A DNA stretch of 36,691 nucleotides from Candidatus Coatesbacteria bacterium (GTDB lineage Bacteria; JAFGND01): the NCBI GenBank assembly GCA_016927185.1, contig JAFGND010000039.1, positions 1 through 36,691 on the forward strand, read 5' to 3'. The notes below the pieces were generated by a model. It made no database searches, was not told the origin of the DNA, and saw nothing but the letters and a program-made list of their open reading frames with translations. The translations under genes and the position numbers were made by a program. Positions 1 through 8,417 of the stretch are shown one piece after another (within the stretch, counting starts at the first letter, position 1; each line of letters opens with the position of its first letter).

Positions 1-628
1 AGAGATGTATAAATAGAATTACCAATAGAATCATCAATTCTGTTCTAAGATGCAAAGCTAAACCAGCTAGAAAGCCTCCCATTATCTTGTCGTACTTACT
101 TTCCTTCAATGAGTTGCTTACAAGAAAAAACACTGAGCCGAGAAACAGTCCAAGGAATAGCGTATATTCCCAGAACATGAAAATATAAGGTAGAACTGGA
201 GATGAAATCAATAGTATCCATGCCAGGTTTTCATTTATTTTCATCTTTCTGCATATCAGACTAATGAAAACAATAAAATAAAACACTCCCAATAGATTAG
301 GAATATAAAGCCCCTTATTCCCCATCAACCTATAGCATAAATAAGAGATATAAATGAATGCTGGAGGATATATGATTTCTGCAGTATTGTCTTTCTCTGC
401 AAAGAAAAGTGGGGAGAAAGGATGAAAAGTAAAATCCTTATCAAGGTATTTTCCATTATAAATCATAGATATCTGCTTTTTACTCAAGGAATATATAGAT
501 AAATACTTTGCAGCTCCATCTATTACGAAAAAATTGGGATCGCTGTAAAGAACTGAAAAAGCAATAATAAAAGAAAAAGCAATCAATACTTTAAGCCATA
601 TACTTTTTAATATAACTGGCTGCTTCAT
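1..628 (-). CDS. Multi-pass membrane protein, probable GT-C fold glycosyltransferase; 3' end runs off the window start; missing from the ORF track
   Basis: Hand translation from ATG at 628 stays open to position 2 (209 codons): MKQPVILKSIWLKVLIAFSFIIAFSVLYSDPNFFVIDGAAKY...YPPAF...FMFWEY...GGFLAGLALHLRTE. An N-terminal TM followed by an acidic loop, YPP and GL...R-x-E are typical of GT-C proteins. Confidence 0.7.
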   Translation of the reverse strand, partial: MKQPVILKSIWLKVLIAFSFIIAFSVLYSDPNFFVIDGAAKYLSIYSLSKKQISMIYNGKYLDKDFTFHPFSPLFFAEKDNTAEIIYPPAFIYISYLCYRLMGNKGLYIPNLLGVFYFIVFISLICRKMKINENLAWILLISSPVLPYIFMFWEYTLFLGLFLGSVFFLVSNSLKESKYDKIMGGFLAGLALHLRTELMILLVILFIHL

Positions 629-655
629 TTTATTAAATAATGAATAGTATGAATT

Positions 656-1036
656 TTATTGGTTATTATGCAAATCTGTTGATACTTTCTTGAGAAGTTC
701 AAGTATATTTTCAAGTTCAAAAGGTTTGAAGATATAACTTACTGCTCCTTCTTTCATTGCTTGTTCAAGAATGTCTTCTACTGGAAAGCCTGTCATTAAA
801 ACTACCTTGATATCATGATTGTCTTTTTTCAATTCTCTATATAAAACTAATCCATTTTCTTCAGGAAGAATTATATCTATTAAAGCTAGAGGAGGTTTTT
901 CCTGCTTGTTAATATCTATTGCTTCTTTCAGTGTACTACAAAGCAAAACTTCGAAATTATTCAAATTAAGATATTCAACAAGGAATTCTCTTATCCCTTC
1001 TTCATCATCCACAACCAAAATTTTAATCTTTTTCAT
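656..1036 (-). CDS. Single-domain response regulator (CheY-like receiver)
   Basis: KILVVDDE acidic pocket, phosphoacceptor Asp in LIDIILP, Thr in LMTG and Lys in FKPF. No output domain. Start overlaps the upstream stop. Confidence 0.95.
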   Translation of the reverse strand: MKKIKILVVDDEEGIREFLVEYLNLNNFEVLLCSTLKEAIDINKQEKPPLALIDIILPEENGLVLYRELKKDNHDIKVVLMTGFPVEDILEQAMKEGAVSYIFKPFELENILELLKKVSTDLHNNQ

Positions 1037-2138
1037 TTTGCATCACCTTGTATAGAGATTCAACAACTATTGGATCAAATATTTTCCTCTTTCCACTTTC
1101 AAATTGATTAATGATCTCCTCATTAGATAATGGAGCTCTATATGGTCTTTTTGATTTGAAAGCAATATAAGATTCAGAGACTCTAATGATTCTTGCTAAT
1201 AATGATATTTCTTCACCTTTCAAATTATCAGGATAACCTGAGCCATCGAAATGTTCATGGTGTTGCCTTAAAACCATGAGTGTTTTCTTATCAAAATCTA
1301 GTTTTCTAAGAACTTCCTCTCCAATGATCGTATGTTTCTTGATCTCATTCCATTCTTTTTCAGTGAGTGTTCCCTTTTTGGTAAGAATCTCATGGTCTAT
1401 TCCTAACATGCCAAGATCACAAAATTTGCTTGCTTTTTCCAGAACGAATAATTCTGAATCTGGAAGATGCATATCTCTACCAATTAGAAGAGAGATCTCT
1501 ACAACTGAATTGGAATGACCCTTGGAGTATAATTTCCTTTTGTCAATTTCATCAACAACATCATTCAATGCGGTCATATAAACATCATGTTCTTTTGCAT
1601 TTGTACTGCTTCTGTCAATATCAATCATTCTCTCATTGTTTACATATTCAGTAACTTCAATTGTATCAAGATTCCTTAATCTATGTGTCACATTTGCAAT
1701 TCTTCTGCACTCAGAAACAATAAGCTCAAGTTTTCTAGTTATTTTAGGATCAGCATTGCTTAATAATAACTGCAATAGTTGAGCATTTCCAAGAATTGTT
1801 GCCAGGGGATTATTTATCTCATGATTTATGGCAACAGTAAGTTCTCCCACTGCAGCAAGTCGCTCTTTTTCTACAAGAGAAGCTTGTGTTGTTTGTAATA
1901 CTGTATTAGACATTTCCAGTTCTGTGGTTTTTGCTTTTAAAGTAGATTGAAGCTCTGATATTTTTTTAAATAAACCTTTCAAATCATCTTCCACTTTATC
2001 TTCATCCAGATTTTCAAGATTTGTTGTCAGATGCTTTATCTTATCATTAAATTGCTGTTTACACCTTCTTAATATTATTAAAATGGCAACGAAACCAAGG
2101 CATAGTCCTACAATTAATCCAATAATAAACAAACTCAT
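1023..2138 (-). CDS. Membrane signalling protein: TM, coiled coil, HisKA (DHp) and degenerate HD-GYP domain; no HATPase_c domain
   Basis: Likely start ATG 2138 (MSLFIIG), with AGGAG upstream. H-box ERLAAVGELTVAINHEINNPL. HD-GYP elements present: GHS, HHEHFDGSGYP, LKGEEI..ARII, RPYR, FDP. The HD motif reads FCDLGM. Confidence 0.85.
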   Translation of the reverse strand: MSLFIIGLIVGLCLGFVAILIILRRCKQQFNDKIKHLTTNLENLDEDKVEDDLKGLFKKISELQSTLKAKTTELEMSNTVLQTTQASLVEKERLAAVGELTVAINHEINNPLATILGNAQLLQLLLSNADPKITRKLELIVSECRRIANVTHRLRNLDTIEVTEYVNNERMIDIDRSSTNAKEHDVYMTALNDVVDEIDKRKLYSKGHSNSVVEISLLIGRDMHLPDSELFVLEKASKFCDLGMLGIDHEILTKKGTLTEKEWNEIKKHTIIGEEVLRKLDFDKKTLMVLRQHHEHFDGSGYPDNLKGEEISLLARIIRVSESYIAFKSKRPYRAPLSNEEIINQFESGKRKIFDPIVVESLYKVMQNEKD

Positions 2139-2229
2139 AGTATTAGTATTACTCCTGAGTAATGGCTTTAAAAACACTTAGAATGGCTGATCTCAATCTA
2201 GTTTCTTTGTTCAAACCTAATTATTACCA

Positions 2230-2257
2230 AGTTTTAATGACAAAATATATATGTCAA
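2230..2257 (-). promoter_or_regulatory. Putative promoter for the HisKA/HD-GYP, receiver and GT-C operon
   Basis: Minus-strand TTGACA (2257-2252) followed after 11 nt by TCATTAAAACT. Overlapped by a TGACA-N9-TGTCA palindrome. Confidence 0.45.
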
Positions 2258-2287
2258 CCCTTTAGTATTTCATGATCCTAAAACTGA

Positions 2288-2332
2288 AGAATTCCACAAA
2301 TTTATACTTAGAATATAAATTCAGGGAATTCT
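2288..2332 (-). terminator. Imperfect hairpin directly after the gcvPB stop; possible terminator or 3' stabiliser
   Basis: AGAATTCC (2288-2295) pairs with GGAATTCT (2325-2332), and AATTTATA (2299-2306) pairs with TATAAATT (2314-2321), with a 7-nt loop. AT-rich stem and only a weak U-tract. Confidence 0.3.
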
Positions 2333-3803
2333 ATTCACATAAGGGTGTGATATTTTCATTATCTTCGAAATAGCAAATATTCAGTCTTTTAACAGCTTCT
2401 CCTTCATCAAGCCTTCCTACTGGGGTTTTATGAGGAGCATTAAGTATTTTTTCAGGATTTACTTCTGCTATTCTCAAGATTTCATTCATTATGCAGGCAA
2501 AACAATCAAGAGTTTCTTTTGTTTCTGTCTCAGTTGGTTCAATCATTATTGCTTCTTTAACAATAAGTGGAAAATAGATTGTTGGAGCATGAAAACCATA
2601 ATCTAGTAATGCTTTAGCTAAATCAATAGTTTTTATTCCAACATTCTTCAAATTGCTTCCGTTTAATACAAATTCATGAAGTGTATCTGTTTCGTATGAC
2701 AATTTGAAATTATCTTTCAACAAGGCTCTTAAATAATTGGAATTAAGAACAGCAGCTTCAGTAGCTTTTTTCAAACCATTACCACCTAACATTCTTATAT
2801 AGCAATATGCTTTGATAATTACTCCAAAGTTTCCCCAGAAATTCATTACTGAACCAATTGAATTCTTGTTTTCAAAATCAAGATAATATGTATTATTTTC
2901 TTTCCTTACATTTGGAACAGGTAAGAAATCTGCTAATTTTTCATTTACGGCAACAGGTCCGGAACCTGGACCACCTCCTCCATGGGGTGTTGAAAATGTC
3001 TTATGCAGATTAATATGAAGCAAATCAAATCCAAGATCATAAGGTCTTGCATATCCTAATAAGGCATTGAGATTAGCTCCATCCATATATAATAAGGCAT
3101 CAACTTTATTCAATATCTCTCTTATTGACGCAATATTGCTTTCGAAAATCCCTAATGTATTTGGATTTGTTAACATCAAAGCAGCAGTATCTTTGTCTAC
3201 TAGCTTTTGTAGATGATTCAGGTCTATTCCACCTTTATCAGATGAGTTGACAGAGATTGGTTTAAATCCACCTAAAGCACAACTTGCGGGATTTGTCCCA
3301 TGTGCACTATCTGGAATAAGGATTTTCTTTCTTTCCTCTCCTTTTCTATTAAAATAGGCTCTCATCAGAAGTACGCCGGTAAATTCTCCATGTGCACCAG
3401 CTGCGGGTTGCAGAGTTACAGATTTCATTCCAGTAATTTCTTTCAGGAATTCCTCAAGTTCATACATAATCATAAGAGGTAGCTGGATTAGTTCAGAAGG
3501 AAAATAAGGATGAACAGTTGAGAAGAGGGGATAATTAGCTGCTTTTTCATTATATCTTGGATTATATTTCATCGTACATGAACCAAGTGGATAGAATCCT
3601 TTATCTACGCTGTGATTGCAGGCAGAGAGGTTAGTAAAATGCCTAATTACTTCACCTTCTGTTAGTTCAGGAATTAATAAGTCTTCATTTCTTATCAGGT
3701 TTTGAGGAATAATACTATCTATCGAAGTATTATCTTCCCATTCTGGAAGAATATATCCCCTACAGTTTCTTTTTGATAATTCGAATATCAATTTCCTGTT
3801 CAT
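2331..3803 (-). CDS. gcvPB: Glycine dehydrogenase (decarboxylating) subunit 2, glycine cleavage P protein beta
   Basis: YPLGSCTMKYNP, QPAAGAHGE, PDSAHGTNPAS, PLP-lysine motif HINLHKTFSTPHGGGGPGSGP, IEPTETE. AAGGAG RBS. Confidence 0.97.
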   Translation of the reverse strand: MNRKLIFELSKRNCRGYILPEWEDNTSIDSIIPQNLIRNEDLLIPELTEGEVIRHFTNLSACNHSVDKGFYPLGSCTMKYNPRYNEKAANYPLFSTVHPYFPSELIQLPLMIMYELEEFLKEITGMKSVTLQPAAGAHGEFTGVLLMRAYFNRKGEERKKILIPDSAHGTNPASCALGGFKPISVNSSDKGGIDLNHLQKLVDKDTAALMLTNPNTLGIFESNIASIREILNKVDALLYMDGANLNALLGYARPYDLGFDLLHINLHKTFSTPHGGGGPGSGPVAVNEKLADFLPVPNVRKENNTYYLDFENKNSIGSVMNFWGNFGVIIKAYCYIRMLGGNGLKKATEAAVLNSNYLRALLKDNFKLSYETDTLHEFVLNGSNLKNVGIKTIDLAKALLDYGFHAPTIYFPLIVKEAIMIEPTETETKETLDCFACIMNEILRIAEVNPEKILNAPHKTPVGRLDEGEAVKRLNICYFEDNENITPLCE

Positions 3804-3819
3804 CTTTTCTCCTTACTCT

Positions 3820-3860
3820 ATAATTAATAAGCGAATTTCAAAGTCAAAGAATTATGTCAA
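3820..3860 (-). promoter_or_regulatory. Putative gcvPB promoter region with tandem TTGAC boxes
   Basis: Minus-strand TTGACA (3860-3855) and TTGACT (3847-3842). The second is followed after 11 nt by TTATTAATTAT. Confidence 0.4.
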
Positions 3861-3915
3861 TAGAATATATTACTGATTGCCTTATTCAATTAGATTATTT
3901 TCTTTTTGATCTATA

Positions 3916-4548
3916 TTAAGAATTAACTGAGTCTTTTACTTTTTTTAATAAGCCTAAATTATCAATATAAATGTATAGATCTGGTGAATCTACATCATCC
4001 ATTGCTACAAGTATAGTTAATGATGAATCCTGATTTGAATAACTGATTTCATACGAAAAAACTGCTTCTTCATCAACTTTCAAATTCCTGCAAGTATTAA
4101 TGAAATTCTCTATTTCATCATTTGAAAATCTCCCATGCAATATTTTTGAAATTATGTTGATAATCTTTTCCAGATCTTGAATATCAAGATTGACAGAATA
4201 CTCAAAATACTTTGATTTCAAATCATTGTAAGTTTTCAATAACATTATGAAAAGTCTTGTTTCATAATTTAAATTGTCTTTTTGCAGGGAGTCTATCCAT
4301 TTCCTGATTTGTTCCTTTCTATTCTCAATAGTAGTCAAGAAAAGCTCTTTTTCTGTATCTGAACTCTCTGAAATGAATTTGTCCTTTGTTATATCATCCC
4401 TGATATTCCATCTTTGCAGGAATGGTATTAAATCCTGTAAATGCAAAGGAACCTTATCCAAATCTATATTTGCTTTATGTTTGAACATAAATCCTTTTAT
4501 TTTACCTATAATATAAAAAAGTATATTTAATGGTTTTAAATAAGCCAT
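3916..4548 (-). CDS. Hypothetical protein, apparently two small domains
   Basis: 210-aa ORF co-oriented with its neighbours. Helical N-half (KVPLHLQDLIPFLQRWNIRDD) and alpha/beta C-half (VAMDDVDSPDLYIY). The true start may be the second Met (MFKHK). Confidence 0.7.
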   Translation of the reverse strand: MAYLKPLNILFYIIGKIKGFMFKHKANIDLDKVPLHLQDLIPFLQRWNIRDDITKDKFISESSDTEKELFLTTIENRKEQIRKWIDSLQKDNLNYETRLFIMLLKTYNDLKSKYFEYSVNLDIQDLEKIINIISKILHGRFSNDEIENFINTCRNLKVDEEAVFSYEISYSNQDSSLTILVAMDDVDSPDLYIYIDNLGLLKKVKDSVNS

Positions 4549-4564
4549 CTATCAATATCCTTAT

Positions 4565-6436
4565 TTATTTGTAAATTAGTCTATCTGTATGTAGTTTTTT
4601 CAATAATGCTGAGGGAATAGCCATCATGTCACCAAATTCATCAAGTTTTATCAGTTGTGGTTTCTCATCTTTATAGAAAAAAACCCATGCTGTTCTATCC
4701 GGATAGTTCTTTGTCATAAATTTCTTGCTCTTTTCCTTTCCCAGATTTAAGATATATGGTGTATCATTTTTAAAGAAAGGATGAAATGGGGGCTTTCCTG
4801 CTCTCCAGCTTTTTTGCTCGACAGGCTTAACATAGTAGTACATGAAAATCACTGGATTTTCAAGGTTGATTTTTCTAATCAGGGAATATGGTTCATCAGA
4901 TTTTATTAAAGTATTCTCTATCTTCATAAAACTGAAAATCCAAAACATTGTAAAAGCAACTATCAAATGGGCTAAAAAGAAAGATATTAAGAAATTCTTC
5001 CATTCTGATCTTGAAATTTTATTCTTTAAATATTTCCAGAATTTATGTAATCCCAATGACATTAACATAATAATGGGAATTATGCATTCCATATATAAGA
5101 CTGGTCCAGTATCTGATGCTCCAGGCCAGAAGTAGAAAAACATGCAGATAAAAAATGCAACTATACTGAGAATAAGGAGAGCAGTCTTTTTATCAATGGA
5201 TCTCATTATAAATAAAACTGGAGCAAAACCGAATGCACTCCCGTACAACCAGAAATTAAATCTGAACATGTTTTTAAGGATTGCTACGAAGCCTTTATAA
5301 GGAGTATGTTCCATTCCCCAGGCTTTCTTCCCAAATCCAAAAGGGTTAGTAGCTTCTGTTTTTCCCAGCCATGCTGCATGATAATTTGTTATAAATGGAC
5401 TATCATTGACAATGTAGTTAAGAAGGAAGTAACTTCCAGTACCAATAATTGAACTTATAAATAAGCAGAGAAAGATTCTGTAGCTACCTTTTTTAATCAA
5501 TGCAACTAGTGTATATATAAATAAAGGGAGGATTAAAAGCATGCTTACAGGGCCTCTTATATGAAACGAAATACCCCAGAAAATCCCGAAAAGAAAACTC
5601 CAAGTGAGTGAGTCATGTTTCAATACCTTTAAATCAGCATATATAGCAAGAAGAAGGAATAATATCGTTGTTGTATGAGACAGCAACAAAGATGATGTCA
5701 TTATGAAGAAAGGGGATATAAAAAGCAGGATTGCAGATAATAATCCAATCCATTTATTAACTATTATAGTCATAATTCTGAATAATAAAAATACTGAAAT
5801 AGCTGCTGCTATTGCATTAGTTATATAAGGTGTTCCCAACAGGAGACCAGCAAGAAGGAATAGACTATACCCAAAAGGATATTGACCAAACCATTTCCCA
5901 TTATTTACCATAAAGACAGAACTATAATATTCTGAATCTTCAGGTGAACTCAGGAATAATTTCCCGCTTTTCATTATTTTTGCTTGAGTCAAATAGACTA
6001 TTTCATCATCAAATAAATATCTATTCTTGTAAACAAAGTGGGATATAGATAATACTATAATAAAAGTTAATAGAATTATAATTAATATACATCTATTGAA
6101 TTTTTTTCTATTTCTAAGGTATCTTAAAATATATAAATACGGATTTTTCAGAATTTTGAGAAAGGCAAAAGACAAAGAGATGATTGCTGGTATCCCGAAA
6201 ATAATCTGGCATACATAAAATAGTATTTCTCTTTTTGTCATAAGATAAACATAATTCTGACCTTCAATTGAATGACCGTATCTATGCATAGAAGTGAAAT
6301 TCTCGATCAAGGTTGAAAACAGGTAAAAACCTGCAACAAATGATATACTCCAGAGTATTAGTGCGGACGAAACAAAGTACTGGTATTTTCTACTCCCTCT
6401 GTCTCCAAACAAGTTTATTATACTTCTGTTATTCAT
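4565..6436 (-). CDS. ArnT/PMT-like GT-C fold membrane glycosyltransferase
   Basis: Many hydrophobic TM segments. FDDEIVYLTQA acidic motif after a TM, GQYPFGY, FGIFWGISFHIR. Likely start ATG 6436 (MNNRS), overlapping the upstream stop. Confidence 0.85.
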   Translation of the reverse strand: MNNRSIINLFGDRGSRKYQYFVSSALILWSISFVAGFYLFSTLIENFTSMHRYGHSIEGQNYVYLMTKREILFYVCQIIFGIPAIISLSFAFLKILKNPYLYILRYLRNRKKFNRCILIIILLTFIIVLSISHFVYKNRYLFDDEIVYLTQAKIMKSGKLFLSSPEDSEYYSSVFMVNNGKWFGQYPFGYSLFLLAGLLLGTPYITNAIAAAISVFLLFRIMTIIVNKWIGLLSAILLFISPFFIMTSSLLLSHTTTILFLLLAIYADLKVLKHDSLTWSFLFGIFWGISFHIRGPVSMLLILPLFIYTLVALIKKGSYRIFLCLFISSIIGTGSYFLLNYIVNDSPFITNYHAAWLGKTEATNPFGFGKKAWGMEHTPYKGFVAILKNMFRFNFWLYGSAFGFAPVLFIMRSIDKKTALLILSIVAFFICMFFYFWPGASDTGPVLYMECIIPIIMLMSLGLHKFWKYLKNKISRSEWKNFLISFFLAHLIVAFTMFWIFSFMKIENTLIKSDEPYSLIRKINLENPVIFMYYYVKPVEQKSWRAGKPPFHPFFKNDTPYILNLGKEKSKKFMTKNYPDRTAWVFFYKDEKPQLIKLDEFGDMMAIPSALLKKLHTDRLIYK

Positions 6437-7187
6437 TCTTTTCTCTGAAAGATAAAGCGGCACCTATTGCTCCTAATATCTGTGGTTCATCAGGTACCAT
6501 TATTTCACAATTTAACTCTTTTCTAAGCATTTTTACCAGGATTTCATTCCTTGCACCTCCACCTGCAAAAACCACTGGTTTATTAATTTTCTCCTTACCC
6601 AGTAGATAAGATAACCTTAAAAGGATTGCATTATGGATGCCTCTCGATATTTCTGATAAAGGGATTCCACTTGAAATCAGGGAAACAATTTCAGATTCTG
6701 CGAACACAGCACAAGTACTGTTAATAGTAGCTGACTTTTCTGTTTTTTTTGACAGATTGATGAATTCTTGAAGAGACATTTCAAGACCATTAGCTATGAA
6801 TTCAAGGAAACGACCTGTTCCTGCAGCACATTTATCATTTAATGCAAAAGAAGAAATTTTTCCTTGTTCATTCAGTCTTATGATTTTTGTATCCTGTCCT
6901 CCAAGATCTATAATTGTTCTAACATTATCATAAAGGAATAATGCACCTTTAGTGAAAGCAGATATTTCCGTTATTTTATCACAACCAAGTCTTTCAGATA
7001 ACAAATCCCTACCATAACCTGTAATTGCATATTTTCCGCATGGGAAGTCCTTGAGCTTTTTTTTGAGATGATTCCATATATCAGGCTTATTCTCTGAGAT
7101 ATCAGTTTGTACTATCTTATTATCTAATATACAGATGATTTTTAAAGTTCTTGAGCCAGAGTCAATCCCAATAAAGAAGTCATTCAT
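6429..7187 (-). CDS. Acyl-CoA dehydratase activase (HgdC/BadF/BadG/BcrA/BcrD ASKHA ATPase, 4Fe-4S)
   Basis: IGIDSGSRTLK, ITGYGR, IIDLGGQDTK, NDKCAAGTGRFLE, STCAVFAESE (both cluster Cys), GGGARN, GAIGAAL. Confidence 0.95.
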   Translation of the reverse strand: MNDFFIGIDSGSRTLKIICILDNKIVQTDISENKPDIWNHLKKKLKDFPCGKYAITGYGRDLLSERLGCDKITEISAFTKGALFLYDNVRTIIDLGGQDTKIIRLNEQGKISSFALNDKCAAGTGRFLEFIANGLEMSLQEFINLSKKTEKSATINSTCAVFAESEIVSLISSGIPLSEISRGIHNAILLRLSYLLGKEKINKPVVFAGGGARNEILVKMLRKELNCEIMVPDEPQILGAIGAALSFREKNE

Positions 7188-7190
7188 TAC

Positions 7191-8282
7191 TTATAGATAA
7201 CTGAGAATTATTTCTGATGCTATTTCTGCTCCATCAGTTTCTAGAACAGGATAAACATCTCTCATACTATGCAATTTTGCAATGTAATCTGGTATTTTCC
7301 CTTCAAAAAGATCTGATTGTTGTATATAGAGAGCTTTAAGATTGTTTTCAATACCATTTACGAGATGTTGATATTCTGGAAAGTCGCCTCTATCAGTATA
7401 CAACATGGGAATTCTTCCAGCAATTGAATCTGCCACAATACCAAAACCTGGTTTGGTAATAATTATATCAGATGCATGAAGCAAGTCAGGAAAGTACAAT
7501 CCCATTTTCTTAAGTTCATGATTTGTAATATTCCTAAAACCTGTGTTCAATTTGGGTTTCAAAGAAGAATAAATTATTTCATATTCATCAGATAAACCAG
7601 ATATGGGGATCTTCCTCATTTCCCACTTACTAAACGAAAGCAAAATTATCTTCTTGGATAAAGGAATCCCAAGTCTGGTTTTTAGATCATTTTTACTCAC
7701 TTGTGAAGTCCTTGCAACAAGAGGAATGTCTTTTATAACTCTATTGAAAGCAAAATCATCTTTTGAATAAAAAGGCAGTCTCAGAAATAAATCAGCACAC
7801 GAATAGTATTCATGCATTCTTTCAGAGAGCTCCTTGAATAACTCAGAGAATTTAGCATAATAAGCATAAATCCAGCTCCACGTAAAATTTCCGATAAAGA
7901 TGGACTTTATTCCAGCCATCTTTGCAATATGCAGTGGAAGTGCTGGGCAATCTGCTATAACAACGTCTATCATTTCTTTGTTCAGGAATTCCAGTTCATT
8001 TTTAACTAGTAATTTGTATTTCTTCTCGACTTTAATATTTGCATATAATGTTTTTCCAAGATTAAAAGACAAAGGAGTTTTCTGCTTCATTCCAGCATCA
8101 GTTCTGATTTTATAGTATTTAAAGTCAAATGTTAAACTTGTCGAAAAGAAATCTAATGGTAAGTCAGTTCTTATAAATATCTTGAGTTGGTTGTTCTTCT
8201 CAGTAAGGCATCTTAGTATTTCACATGTTCTCACAGCATGTCCTAGACCATGTCCAGATATATAACAAGCTATCGAAGGCAT
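7191..8282 (-). CDS. GT-B fold glycosyltransferase resembling the N-terminal domain of L-arabinokinase
   Basis: YISGHGLGHAVR, GNFTWSWIY, IPLVAR, DIIITKPGFGIV, RGDFPE. Confidence 0.8.
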   Translation of the reverse strand: MPSIACYISGHGLGHAVRTCEILRCLTEKNNQLKIFIRTDLPLDFFSTSLTFDFKYYKIRTDAGMKQKTPLSFNLGKTLYANIKVEKKYKLLVKNELEFLNKEMIDVVIADCPALPLHIAKMAGIKSIFIGNFTWSWIYAYYAKFSELFKELSERMHEYYSCADLFLRLPFYSKDDFAFNRVIKDIPLVARTSQVSKNDLKTRLGIPLSKKIILLSFSKWEMRKIPISGLSDEYEIIYSSLKPKLNTGFRNITNHELKKMGLYFPDLLHASDIIITKPGFGIVADSIAGRIPMLYTDRGDFPEYQHLVNGIENNLKALYIQQSDLFEGKIPDYIAKLHSMRDVYPVLETDGAEIASEIILSYL

Positions 8283-8417
8283 ATAAAACTACGCATGTAT
8301 TTGTATATTCTGTGTCAATAGAAAGTTTAAAATCAATTTAATTGTTGACCGTAATTCTAATCAATAGAAGAGATGCACCTTGTATTGTAATTAAATACTT
8401 ATTTGTGGAGTAGAAGA
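8283..8417. promoter_or_regulatory. Divergent promoter region between the GT-B operon and the glgP operon
   Basis: Minus-strand TTGACA at 8318-8313 and plus-strand TTGACC at 8345-8350, each facing a gene start. GGAG RBS before ATG 8418. Confidence 0.45.
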
